Source: a phage
Length of the DNA: 59,846 nt
Strand: one strand, 5' to 3'
Assembly (NCBI GenBank): GCA_011982905.1
Contig: GCA_011982905.1_4767.1
The notes under the pieces were generated by a model. It saw only the letters and a list, made by a program, of their open reading frames with translations. It made no database searches and had not been told where the DNA came from. Each line of letters starts with the position of its first letter. The first letter of the stretch is position 1. The translations under genes were made by a program, and so were the position numbers. This document shows, one piece after another, positions 46,434-53,907 of the stretch.

Positions 46434-46462
46434 TAGACATATGATCAGTCTAGCGCTACTAT
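46434..46462 (+). promoter_or_regulatory. sigma70-like promoter candidate (TAGACA-17-TACTAT)
   Basis: Near-consensus -35 and -10 hexamers with 17-bp spacer in the AT-rich divergent intergenic region, ~50 bp upstream of the 46512 gene. Confidence 0.4.
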
Positions 46463-46511
46463 ATACACATACCGCAAGGGTACTACAAATTAACTTAAAG
46501 GGGTTTACATC

Positions 46512-46913
46512 ATGTCCAGCACATTACTTACTTGCATTCTGGTAGCACGCGAAGGTCACGGTTTCGTACAGGGTAACGAATACACCTTGGACCATAAATC
46601 ATTCACAATTACCAACGAAAAAGGTCGTCGTTGGCTCGCAACGGTCCATCCTACTGGTCTGGTATATGTGTACGATGGGTCGAGGACGATTGCATCGCCA
46701 TTTTCGAAGGTAAATAAGCTAACTTATACAATGGGCATTAATACAGTGCCCATTAATAAGCTAACTAATTATATTGAGGTATTAACATGTCACGCAAATA
46801 CACGCTTACACGCGCACAGCACGCGCTATTATTGCAGGTTATGCGCATGGAATGGGAAGAAACCAACTGGTCCCAAGCCATGCAAACTGGGCGCGAGTTC
46901 TACGCGCAACTAA
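46512..46913 (+). CDS. hypothetical protein (3' end uncertain)
   Basis: AAGGGG RBS; the N-terminal ~75 aa look protein-like; a second small ORF with its own GAGGT RBS (about 46788-46931) overlaps the 3' part in another frame. Confidence 0.4.
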   Translation: MSSTLLTCILVAREGHGFVQGNEYTLDHKSFTITNEKGRRWLATVHPTGLVYVYDGSRTIASPFSKVNKLTYTMGINTVPINKLTNYIEVLTCHANTRLHAHSTRYYCRLCAWNGKKPTGPKPCKLGASSTRN

Positions 46914-46992
46914 TAGCACAAAATGCCTAGACAACATGATCGGTCTGGTGGATACTACACACATCAACCAAACAACAACGGAGTAAAACAAA

Positions 46993-47207
46993 TGAAACTA
47001 ACTAAACAAGAGATTGTCAAACGCATCCAGGAATCTACTGGCAGATATGTTGGCAATGGTTTAATTGTTAAAGTTGTGGATTACTCCAATAACCCTTTGG
47101 CTCCGGAGCCAATAGCCTATAAACTGTCTTGGATATGCATGTTTTCAGGTAAACGCGAACGCTGTATGTACTATCCAAACACCGTTGGACTTCAGTCCTG
47201 CAAATAA
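46993..47207 (+). CDS. hypothetical small protein
   Basis: Internal ATG of the tracked ORF preceded by GGAGT. Confidence 0.4.
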
Positions 47208-47287
47208 CTACAATATAACGCACACAGCGCCACGCTAGCGAGCTAATGCACAAAGGTAATGGTAATGCATTAGATCGGGCGAAACAG

Positions 47288-47334
47288 GCGCACAGCGTCG
47301 CGCACAGCTCGCACAGCTCGCACAGCGCACACAG
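47288..47334. repeat. GC-rich short tandem repeat (GCACAGC x4 plus one degenerate copy)
   Basis: Copies at about 47290, 47302, 47311, 47320 and a GCACACAG variant; local GC content far above the window average. Confidence 0.6.
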
Positions 47335-47683
47335 ACCCACGCAGGCCCAGCCGCGCGACCCAACCCATCCTTTTCCAGGTACTTGGATCGCCGGGGCGTG
47401 CCCTGTCCATCCTGATAGTATCCTTGTTTGAAAATCTAACTCGTCAACTATGTTGTTGCCGACATACACACCCATCACTTTACTATCCACCACATCCATG
47501 ACCCCACCTACCTTCTTTTTGAATATATTGCGCTCATCCTTTCTAAATATATGGATTTTGGTAGTAAATTCTGAGTCGTCAACGTATAATTCGTCTTGTA
47601 GCTGCTCCATAGCTATCATCTTTAAGCGGATGCAACCAATTTCTATGAATTCACACCCGTTTTAGAGCATCAAGGAGGTATTT

Positions 47684-47935
47684 ATGTGCGACACCAGTGC
47701 AAGCGCTACACCCAGCACCTCCAGCAATGTGGTTACAGAGGTAAATGCAATGCGATTAGGTCCATATCGCGGCTATTACGGTCGTGCTGCATGGAATGAC
47801 GCTACTCAACGTTTTGAAGGCTGGATTATCTGCCCGGAACGTGTTAAATTTCACTCCGTAAAAGAGAAAAATATCGTTCTTAATTTTCAAAAATGTGTCA
47901 CTAAATATGTAGAGGAGCAAGAAGAATGCGTGTAA
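47684..47935 (+). CDS. hypothetical small protein
   Basis: 83 aa; strong AAGGAGG RBS. Confidence 0.5.
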   Translation: MCDTSASATPSTSSNVVTEVNAMRLGPYRGYYGRAAWNDATQRFEGWIICPERVKFHSVKEKNIVLNFQKCVTKYVEEQEECV

Positions 47936-48147
47936 AAGACGAGCAAAAGACAGTCGAATACTTCGGAATGCAAATTGTTGTTCCGGAATGGGTTAAATGG
48001 CTTGCTGTCGATGGTGACGGCAGATGGCCACATGCAGTTATTGTTACCTTCGGTAAAGATGGATATGTGGATCTTGACGGCGAAGATGACGCTTACGAAG
48101 TTGCTTATACAGGTCTTGTAAGCCCAATTTTCCTGGAAGAAGTATAA
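47926..48147 (+). CDS. hypothetical small acidic protein (paralogue of 48199..48501)
   Basis: 73 aa; VPEWVKWLAVDGDGRW segment parallels VPVEPWANFIAVDADGKV in the next gene. Confidence 0.45.
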   Translation: MRVKDEQKTVEYFGMQIVVPEWVKWLAVDGDGRWPHAVIVTFGKDGYVDLDGEDDAYEVAYTGLVSPIFLEEV

Positions 48148-48198
48148 TTATCAATCTATAATGGGCTCTACGGAGCCCTTAATTATCTGGAGGTTGTT

Positions 48199-48501
48199 AT
48201 GCTGTATTTAGGAATGGACGAAACTGGACACGCAATTCCTTCTGTTAACAAAGAGACGCAAGTATTTACAGACTATTACGGGTCTGATGTTCCTGTTGAG
48301 CCCTGGGCAAACTTTATCGCTGTAGACGCAGACGGTAAAGTTCATTGCTATGACGCCAAACCTTCTTGCTATGAATCTGGTAAGCAATGGATGATTGGCG
48401 TATACGGATTACATGTGCGCTACTGCGGTGAAGTTGACATTGAAGGTGCGGACTGGCGCGATACGCTAATGGAGATTAAAGAATATCGGCTTAACCCATG
48501 A
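48199..48501 (+). CDS. hypothetical small acidic protein (paralogue of 47926..48147)
   Basis: 100 aa; shared P.W...AVD.DG motif with the preceding gene. Confidence 0.45.
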   Translation: MLYLGMDETGHAIPSVNKETQVFTDYYGSDVPVEPWANFIAVDADGKVHCYDAKPSCYESGKQWMIGVYGLHVRYCGEVDIEGADWRDTLMEIKEYRLNP

Positions 48502-48722
48502 AAATATTCATGATACTAGGCGTTATACTTGCCGCTTTCGTTGTATTTGCAATTGTAGACTCCAAAGAAATGGAGCGGCAAAACTGCCAACGTACTGGTA
48601 ACAGCCGGGATGATATCATTTGGCAATATATCTACGATGCAAAAGGTAACGTTATGTCAATGTATCCTCAGGTTATTACTGAGTATGAATATAAATGTGA
48701 TGACCGTAACAGGTGGAGATAA
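48498..48722 (+). CDS. small membrane-anchored protein
   Basis: 74 aa; N-terminal hydrophobic helix IFMILGVILAAFVVFAIV. Confidence 0.45.
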   Translation: MKIFMILGVILAAFVVFAIVDSKEMERQNCQRTGNSRDDIIWQYIYDAKGNVMSMYPQVITEYEYKCDDRNRWR

Positions 48723-48997
48723 TAATGGAAGTTACTGAAGCTGCTAAACGCATGGTGAAATTCTATGTTAGTTCTGATTCACCTTTAATTCGCGCTTTTG
48801 GTCAGGAGCTTTATGTTTTCCAGGGTGATCGAGAGGAGGCTGAAGAGGTTGCTCAGAAGATTCTTGATTTACAAGAAAAAGCTAAACGGGCGGATGCCCT
48901 GGAAGCTGTAGCAAAGGACTTCCTGCGTCGTAACGCTAACGGTCCTTTGTTCTATCGTGATTTGTATAACCGTTTTAAGGAGGTTATTGGTGATTGA
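48713..48997 (+). CDS. hypothetical protein
   Basis: 94-aa ORF. Confidence 0.45.
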   Translation: MEIIMEVTEAAKRMVKFYVSSDSPLIRAFGQELYVFQGDREEAEEVAQKILDLQEKAKRADALEAVAKDFLRRNANGPLFYRDLYNRFKEVIGD

Positions 48998-49060
48998 AGA
49001 AAACATCAAGTATTGGAAAGAATTCATTGACGAAATGTTGAAACCATTGGAGAAGAAATA

Positions 49061-49453
49061 ATGCTATTAGTCGTCACCGGAGGTCGAGATTTTAAGCATG
49101 TGGGGTATATTTACTCTCAACTGGATAAGCTACATATGCAAAGAAGGATAACCACACTTCGCCACGGTGACGCTGACGGTGTTGACCGGATTTGCGCACA
49201 TTGGGCGGAGCGCAACGGTATTAAGACAGAAGCTTTCCCTGCCCCGTGGGGCAATCTTTCCTTACCGAATACCAAGATACGGTATAACGCCAAAGGTGCT
49301 TATAATGCACAAGCTGGCGCTTACCGCAACCAATTAATGCTGGATACTGATCCTAAACCAGATCACGCTATCGTGTTTCCTGGCGGAGCTGGTACTATGG
49401 ATATGTACAGACGGATTAAAGCATCCGGTATCCCTTACACATTAGCGGAGTAA
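49061..49453 (+). CDS. DprA/SLOG-like Rossmann-fold protein (DUF2493-type)
   Basis: 130 aa; LLVVTGGRDF ... RHGDADGVDR ... YRNQ ... FPGGAGT pattern recalled from the DUF2493/SLOG family. Confidence 0.4.
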   Translation: MLLVVTGGRDFKHVGYIYSQLDKLHMQRRITTLRHGDADGVDRICAHWAERNGIKTEAFPAPWGNLSLPNTKIRYNAKGAYNAQAGAYRNQLMLDTDPKPDHAIVFPGGAGTMDMYRRIKASGIPYTLAE

Positions 49454-49456
49454 ATA

Positions 49457-49927
49457 ATGACTGACGTTAAAACTATTGTTGATGCAATGGACGAATCCAA
49501 AGACTGCCAACTGAAGAAGTCGTTTGAAGTAAAACAGGTTACAGAGACTCAGTTGGTCTGTAATTTTGCGCGTTATTGTGGACTGGGGCGCGGGAAAGAC
49601 TGGAACGGGCTTATTATTATGCCCACATCACAGATTCTTGTCTATGTCCGTAATGTTGTAGAAGATCTTTTGCGTCTTCAAATTGATATTGGCGACGTAG
49701 AAATTAACATGACCGCGAGCTCTACCATTGTGGTTAAATGGCAGTCGGGCGAGACACTGCGTTTGGAGGCGTGCCATTGTGCTAAGAGCTTGCACCACCT
49801 GCGCGGCTGTCATTATCAGTTCGTTGGGTTTGTACATCCGCAAGGGTTAAGCGAGCGTACGGCGCTGGTAGCGCGTTTGCTGCTGCGTCCTTATAATAAC
49901 GAGCCGGAAGTCATATACGAGGCATAA
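49457..49927 (+). CDS. hypothetical protein with Cys/His cluster
   Basis: 156 aa; CHCAKSLHHLRGCH near the C-terminus. Confidence 0.45.
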   Translation: MTDVKTIVDAMDESKDCQLKKSFEVKQVTETQLVCNFARYCGLGRGKDWNGLIIMPTSQILVYVRNVVEDLLRLQIDIGDVEINMTASSTIVVKWQSGETLRLEACHCAKSLHHLRGCHYQFVGFVHPQGLSERTALVARLLLRPYNNEPEVIYEA

Positions 49928-49928
49928 A

Positions 49929-50354
49929 ATGTCAGTAAATTTTGTCAAACAGCCAACTTTAAATACATGCGTTTCTGCGTGTTTGGCAATGATCCTTAAT
50001 AAACCTGTTGAGAAGGTCATTGAGGAATTTCATAGTCGTTATTATAACAACTGGGAAATCACTATCAGCGAATATTTGACTAAGAACGGCGTCCAGCATC
50101 ATTGTTCAGAAGGTGGGGGGCGTGAAACTTTGCATATGGGAGGTTTGTTCCTGTGCACGGTGCCAAGTCTTAATATTCCGGGCGCATTGCACCAGATTGT
50201 GATTGATATGACAGATCACAAGTTTATTGTGCATGATCCAATTAAAGGATGGGAAGGTAAGAAGTTCTATGTTGGTCCGGATCAAGATCCTGAAGAGCCT
50301 GGAGCTTTTATCATTCACACTTGGGTCAAAGACGTTGAAATCCTGCCTTATTAA
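49929..50354 (+). CDS. papain-like cysteine peptidase, C39-like
   Basis: 141 aa; N-terminal QPTLNTCVSACLAMIL matches the Q-x5-C-x2-A-x-L-A-M-I-L signature of bacteriocin-processing C39 peptidases; downstream His (IVHDP) and Asp (GPDQD) at the expected spacing. Confidence 0.55.
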   Translation: MSVNFVKQPTLNTCVSACLAMILNKPVEKVIEEFHSRYYNNWEITISEYLTKNGVQHHCSEGGGRETLHMGGLFLCTVPSLNIPGALHQIVIDMTDHKFIVHDPIKGWEGKKFYVGPDQDPEEPGAFIIHTWVKDVEILPY

Positions 50355-50416
50355 TTTTCTTGCTATCACATAACCCTTCATTGTATTGTGTACCCATCGA
50401 ATAAGAGGGGTACACA

Positions 50417-50602
50417 ATGACCAAACTATACGCCGGATTGTTTTTATTTGCGACGTTAATGTTCGCTGGGCTTTATACCTATACAGTAGTCGAACAACCT
50501 TCCACGGTTATCCGAATCTTTGCAAGTACAGGGCTTTGCATCTGTCTTATTCTATTTGTTTTATGTATTGTTATTATCCAAGACCAAAGGAAAGTTAAAT
50601 GA
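50417..50602 (+). CDS. small membrane protein (2 TM)
   Basis: 61 aa, two hydrophobic helices. Confidence 0.4.
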   Translation: MTKLYAGLFLFATLMFAGLYTYTVVEQPSTVIRIFASTGLCICLILFVLCIVIIQDQRKVK

Positions 50603-51069
50603 CTGAAGAATGGAAAACAATACCTTTATTTCCAAAGTATGAGGTTTCCACTTTAGGTAGAGTTAGGAGGGCTAACAACCACAAAATATTGACCGGATGC
50701 ATATTAGATGGTCGTAGACGTTATACTTTGCGTCACAATGGTAAGAAATACGGTGTTGATGCTGCAAGATTGATGTGTTACGCATTTCGTGGTCTTGTCG
50801 ACGGTTATGAGAAACTAGATGCACGACATCTTGATGGCAATCCTTTGAATAATGTATTATCTAACGTAGATTGGGGTACACGTAAGGATAACATGGTGGA
50901 CATGGTCCATCATGGTAACGCTTGTCATTCGTTTACAAAGGAAGAAGTTCTAAGTATCCAGCAAAGAGCAGATGCTGGGGAAAGTCAACACGCTATAGCA
51001 AGAAGTATTGGCAGAAGCGTATCCGTTGTTAACTGTATTGTATTAAGAAAGACTTATAACGAATATTAA
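50599..51069 (+). CDS. HNH homing endonuclease
   Basis: 156 aa; N-terminal EWKTIPLFPKYEVSTLGRVRR (NUMOD4-like) and HNH core ARHLDGNPLNNVLSNVDWGTRKDN. Confidence 0.7.
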   Translation: MTEEWKTIPLFPKYEVSTLGRVRRANNHKILTGCILDGRRRYTLRHNGKKYGVDAARLMCYAFRGLVDGYEKLDARHLDGNPLNNVLSNVDWGTRKDNMVDMVHHGNACHSFTKEEVLSIQQRADAGESQHAIARSIGRSVSVVNCIVLRKTYNEY

Positions 51070-51085
51070 TGGGGGGTGGGTTATC

Positions 51086-51547
51086 ACTACTATTGCGTTT
51101 GATGGAAAAGTATTAGCTGCGGACCGTGGCGTTATGCGCGGGGAAGCTGTGACTGCTTATAAGAAAGTTCATAGCGTGAATGGACATCGTGGACGGTTTT
51201 TACTGGGCTTGTGCGGCCTTACAGCATTTACCGATCAGGTGTTGCGTTACTTTAATAGCGCGGAACCTGTTAAGTTCCCAGATATTAAACTTTACAGCAA
51301 AGATGATAATTACGGGCAAACTTGCGGTCTTGCGGTTACTCCGGAAGGTACTTGCCATTTTATTTATAATGATGGTACTTTGAGCGAGCCCATGCTGGAT
51401 GGATGGGGGTCTGAGGGTAGCGGTTGTGTGTTTGCTGCTGGCGCGTTAGCTGCTGGTGCAAGTGCGAGCGAAGCTATTGAGTTGGCAATTAAACACACCA
51501 CATGCGCATTCCTGGGAGTTGATACAATATCATTTGAGGGTTTTTAA
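51086..51547 (+). CDS. HslV/proteasome-like Ntn-hydrolase homologue (translation start unresolved)
   Basis: The frame open from 51047 encodes TTIAFDGKVLAADRG...KKV...GSEGSGCVFAAGALAA, paralleling the HslV N-terminus (TTIV...GDGQ...KKV...GSGG); the first in-frame ATG is at 51134, after the catalytic-type Thr; an ATG at 51069 is out of frame by one base across a G6 run. Confidence 0.45.
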   Translation, partial: TTIAFDGKVLAADRGVMRGEAVTAYKKVHSVNGHRGRFLLGLCGLTAFTDQVLRYFNSAEPVKFPDIKLYSKDDNYGQTCGLAVTPEGTCHFIYNDGTLSEPMLDGWGSEGSGCVFAAGALAAGASASEAIELAIKHTTCAFLGVDTISFEGF

Positions 51548-51808
51548 ATGACTACATTCAGTCACCTGATCCCACCTGCTTATCATAGTAAGGTAGTTGA
51601 CCACGGGACGCATGTTGTAATTGGTGGCGAAATCTTTATCACAGATAACGAGGAAATCGCCATTGCAATTATTGACAGCACTCAGCATGACTTTATGGTT
51701 ATCCTGCAACACGAACCAGATAACTTCACTTTTTACTCCAGCTACGGGGTCGATAAAGGTGGAAAAAGTCTTGTTGCTTTCTACATTAACGACTGGTTTG
51801 ACGGGTAA
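51548..51808 (+). CDS. hypothetical protein
   Basis: 86 aa; GAGGG RBS; immediately after the HslV-like ORF stop. Confidence 0.45.
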   Translation: MTTFSHLIPPAYHSKVVDHGTHVVIGGEIFITDNEEIAIAIIDSTQHDFMVILQHEPDNFTFYSSYGVDKGGKSLVAFYINDWFDG

Positions 51809-51890
51809 TCTCCTTAGATCAATTCTCCTTGTGCCGTATCAAGTTTCTCTGTTACCCTTGAGTGGTTCATGTCAAGCGGAGGAACTCGAT

Positions 51891-52328
51891 ATGGCACTTC
51901 AACCTCGTGGTATTCGTAATAACAATCCAGGCAATATTCGCTGGGGTGACAATTGGCAGGGCTTAGTTCCTGCTGATAAGCGAACCGATAAATCTTTTGC
52001 GCAATTCACGCAACCGATTTACGGCATTCGTGCACTAGCGAAAATCCTCACAAACTACACCAAACGTGAAGGCTTACCCAATGTGGGTAAGAAAAACATC
52101 GACACTGTACGTGAAATTATCGCTCGCTGGGCACCGCCTAACGAAAACGATACGGAAGCGTATATTCGCTCTGTTGCCAAAGCAATTGGTGTTCAACCTA
52201 ACGATCCAATTAATGTCTTCGACAAGGCAATTATGTCAGGATTGGTGAAAGCAATCATTCGTCATGAAAATGGCATGATGCCCTATACCGACGACGTAAT
52301 TAACCGCGCTATTGCAATGGTACTTTGA
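51891..52328 (+). CDS. putative endolysin (catalytic family not assigned)
   Basis: ATG at 51891 with GGAGG RBS (the tracked ORF extends upstream); 145 aa with RGIRNNNPGNIRW motif; sits directly upstream of holin and spanin genes. Confidence 0.45.
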   Translation: MALQPRGIRNNNPGNIRWGDNWQGLVPADKRTDKSFAQFTQPIYGIRALAKILTNYTKREGLPNVGKKNIDTVREIIARWAPPNENDTEAYIRSVAKAIGVQPNDPINVFDKAIMSGLVKAIIRHENGMMPYTDDVINRAIAMVL

Positions 52329-52364
52329 CTGACGGGGCGTTAGCCCCTTTTATTTGGAGGGAAC

Positions 52365-52709
52365 ATGTTCAATTCACCCAACGAACATTGGGCAGTTCTA
52401 GCGGGGTTTGCGTTTATCTCCCTCATTGGGGGAGCTCTCGGTTATGTCATGCGTACAATAGACGCTGGTAAGAAAGTACGGGCAAGCATTGCATTTCTTG
52501 AAGGCTTATCCGCCGCTTTCTTTGGCGTTATAATGTATGCAATCTACAGGGAGTTTAACATCAGCCTTTGGTTCGCTTTTGGCCTTGCTGGCCTATTTGC
52601 TTGGGCAGGTTCACGTGCTACGCTAAAAGCCCTAACGTCGCTTATAGCTTCACGGACAGGGATCAAACTCGATTCAGGGGACTGCAAACATGAAAACGAT
52701 TCTAAATAA
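52365..52709 (+). CDS. holin-like membrane protein (3 TM)
   Basis: 114 aa; three hydrophobic segments and a charged C-terminus; located between the putative endolysin and the spanins. Confidence 0.55.
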   Translation: MFNSPNEHWAVLAGFAFISLIGGALGYVMRTIDAGKKVRASIAFLEGLSAAFFGVIMYAIYREFNISLWFAFGLAGLFAWAGSRATLKALTSLIASRTGIKLDSGDCKHENDSK

Positions 52710-53166
52710 CTTCTTCGGTTTTATAAAAACTAAACCGCGTCTGTTTATCGAGTATTTGATGATCGGCGCGGTTGTGTTTTTATGCGGGGTGGCTGCATAC
52801 TTGTGGTCACAGAACGAGCTCAGCAAAACTAATTTAAATCATGCTGAGCAAAGACTAACCGTTGTAGAACGGGACAATGCAAAGCTGGGCGAAGCTGTTG
52901 TATTTCTTGCATCCCAACGGGAGAAGGATACTGAATCCTATCGAAAATTGGCTTCAGCAATTGAAAGTGAGCAACATAACCACAGGTTGCTTCAGGACAA
53001 ATTAAAAGCACTGGAGAAAAGCAATGCCGACGTCAAAGCTTATCTTAATGAGCGTGTTCCTGATGATTTGCGCAGGCTGCTCGACGGAGATACAACCTCC
53101 ACCACCGCCGCAGATAGTGAAGATAAAACTTCCGGCCCATCTGTTGGTAGAATGTCGGGAAGTTGA
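52690..53166 (+). CDS. i-spanin (Rz-like)
   Basis: 158 aa; N-terminal TM helix then a coiled-coil-like periplasmic region; contains the o-spanin start in another frame. Confidence 0.6.
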   Translation: MKTILNNFFGFIKTKPRLFIEYLMIGAVVFLCGVAAYLWSQNELSKTNLNHAEQRLTVVERDNAKLGEAVVFLASQREKDTESYRKLASAIESEQHNHRLLQDKLKALEKSNADVKAYLNERVPDDLRRLLDGDTTSTTAADSEDKTSGPSVGRMSGS

Positions 53167-53329
53167 TAAATATCCTTTGGTTTATACAAGGGACATTATC
53201 CAACGTTTGCAGGATACAGAAACAGCTCTGACTGAATGTAAACTGAGGGTTAAGGAAATCATACGCTATGAAGCTGAAAATGTTTCGCTTGATTTTGTAG
53301 GATCAAGCAATTATATTCAGCCTAAATAG
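53024..53329 (+). CDS. o-spanin (Rz1-like lipoprotein), overlapped with the i-spanin
   Basis: 101 aa; signal sequence ending LMICAGCS (lipobox-like) followed by a PPPPP tract; starts inside the i-spanin in a different frame and extends beyond it. Confidence 0.6.
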   Translation: MPTSKLILMSVFLMICAGCSTEIQPPPPPQIVKIKLPAHLLVECREVDKYPLVYTRDIIQRLQDTETALTECKLRVKEIIRYEAENVSLDFVGSSNYIQPK

Positions 53330-53349
53330 CAATAAGAAAGGGGGCTTCC

Positions 53350-53907
53350 ATGAACGGGGCAAGTCAAGAGCAATATGATCGTGACTGGACGAATTACATC
53401 CAGTATGCAAATAGCTTGTCCGCTGAAGAGATGGCAATACGTGACAAAGTTGTTGCTGAGTACATGTTCGACTACAATTGGACTAACGCTTGCATGAGAT
53501 GCGGGTTCAATGCTATGTTTGCACAGGAGCTTGGCCAACGCTTTGCCACGGACTGTTATGTTCGATGGAAGCTCAAGGAGATTGAAAGATCCCGTGTTCA
53601 ACGTACTTCTGAGCAAGCTAACATTGAAGCAGACCTTGAGCGTCAGCATATCATTGAAGCATTAAAACGTGAAGCTCATTATACAGGACCGGGATCTTCT
53701 CAAGCTGCTAGAGTCGCCGCATTGGGCAAGCTTGCACAAATTTATGATTTGGATGCTCCCAAGAAGGCTAAGATTGATGTTACTAACAGAGGCGGCGTAA
53801 TGATAGTCCCTGCTGTAGCAAATATTGACGAATGGGAAAAAACTGCATCCGAGTCTCAACAACGACTAGTTAAAGAGACTGAAGATGGAGCTAAACCAAC
53901 AACCTGA
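53350..53907 (+). CDS. terminase small subunit (putative)
   Basis: 185-aa ORF with AAGGGGG RBS immediately upstream of the large terminase gene; call by position. Confidence 0.5.
   Translation: MNGASQEQYDRDWTNYIQYANSLSAEEMAIRDKVVAEYMFDYNWTNACMRCGFNAMFAQELGQRFATDCYVRWKLKEIERSRVQRTSEQANIEADLERQHIIEALKREAHYTGPGSSQAARVAALGKLAQIYDLDAPKKAKIDVTNRGGVMIVPAVANIDEWEKTASESQQRLVKETEDGAKPTT

Noticed and set aside
47068-47619. 183-aa minus-strand ORF as a real gene
   Set aside because: No RBS, overlaps a plus-strand gene that has a good RBS, and half of it is low-complexity translation of the GC repeat; left unresolved rather than annotated.
51621-51890. Upstream extension of the endolysin ORF
   Set aside because: Overlaps the 51548..51808 gene; the ATG at 51891 has a GGAGG RBS and gives a compact 145-aa protein.
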